Shown one piece after another: positions 44,301 through 44,949 of a DNA stretch of 44,949 bases (its first letter is position 1; each line of letters begins with the position of its first letter). The notes beneath the pieces were generated by a model that was not told the origin of the DNA, ran no database searches, and worked only from the letters and a program-made list of their open reading frames with translations. Where the stretch lies: assembly GCA_904063045.1 (NCBI GenBank), contig CAJFCJ010000005.1, positions 95,011-139,959 on the forward strand. The letters run 5' to 3'. The translations under genes and the position numbers were made by a program. Origin of the DNA: Dimorphilus gyrociliatus (Eukaryota > Animalia > Annelida).

Positions 44301-44949
44301 TCATCATTACTATTGCCTTCAAAATTAATTAAGACATCAATAACCTTTTCATGTTGTGTCTGAACATGTTTAATGAATGCTTCTTTAGTTTCCATTTCAT
44401 CCTCACCTTCTCCAAGAAAATAGAAATATTGATGATTTAGGTCCAAACCGGCACCCTTTAATGTCTCTTGACTTACACTATCTTTATTTTTGATTGTATT
44501 ATGTTCACCCTTTACAAATCCACACCATATAGATTTGTGTCATGCTTTTGTAGCTTTTGTCAATAATCTATTTGTTTTCCATCAGTTAAAAATAATGATG
44601 CATTTTCTGTTAGATGATGCTTAATTTGTTGAATATTATCATCAGATAGAGTTGAATATGGTAGTTGTATTATAAAGTTTGGTTTCATGTTGAAATTAGG
44701 AAAGTTTTTAACCATACAATTTACTCCAATATCAGATAAATATGATTTTCTTACAAATATTTTCTTTTATTAATTATATTGAATATAATTATCTTGAGAA
44801 AGTCGTCTCTCTTTTCATCGGCTATTCTTAACCATTCAGTATTTTTGTCACCTTTTTAGCTAAACGATGTTTATTTTTTATTGTTCAACCATATTACATC
44901 TTGTCTCTTAGCTAAACAGTTTTGTATTTTTACTAAATTATCATCATTT
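41348..44949 (-). pseudogene. TRPM: TRPM-like cation channel paralog B, running off the window end; several frameshifts and 3' end cut by the MULE
   Basis: MHR-like FAWSIIANK...FWLKSNNPLRLAI, an S1-S2 exon (about 42333-42190), and S3-S6 DIWN...FYLR...FGIRLIMIFEMIKD...PYWQIYGELFLEEI...LVNLLIAMF, followed by the TRP helix YNRIEARSEIIYRYKRY. Confidence 0.88.

Overview
AT-rich eukaryotic (invertebrate animal) DNA with very short GT-AG introns (mostly 53-74 nt); the intron size and gene families suggest a compact-genome invertebrate such as a meiofaunal annelid, but that is inference. No rRNA, tRNA, CRISPR or prokaryotic features were seen. Host genes: a 4-exon retinol-dehydrogenase-type SDR, two ribonuclease-inhibitor-type LRR ORFs plus a fragment, a multi-domain F-type-lectin/discoidin + PAN gene cut by a retroelement, two disrupted TRPM-like paralogs, and a reconstructable 8-exon secreted-protein gene missed by the ORF track. 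Mobile DNA dominates: three Tc1 copies, a mariner relic, three Mutator (MULE) relics, two BEL/Pao elements, and a 9.3-kb Ty3/Gypsy element (13778-23114, 635-bp LTRs, tRNA-Ser-type PBS). The Gypsy element is the main lead. After its integrase it carries a second, divergent retropepsin domain, then an acidic spacer, then a class III (herpes gB / rhabdovirus G-like) envelope gene, with candidate splice sites that would make a Gag-leader/protease-2/Env product. A single N at 18794 and the missing target-site duplication mean the element may be an assembly of two copies. Several frameshifts in the window could be sequencing errors.
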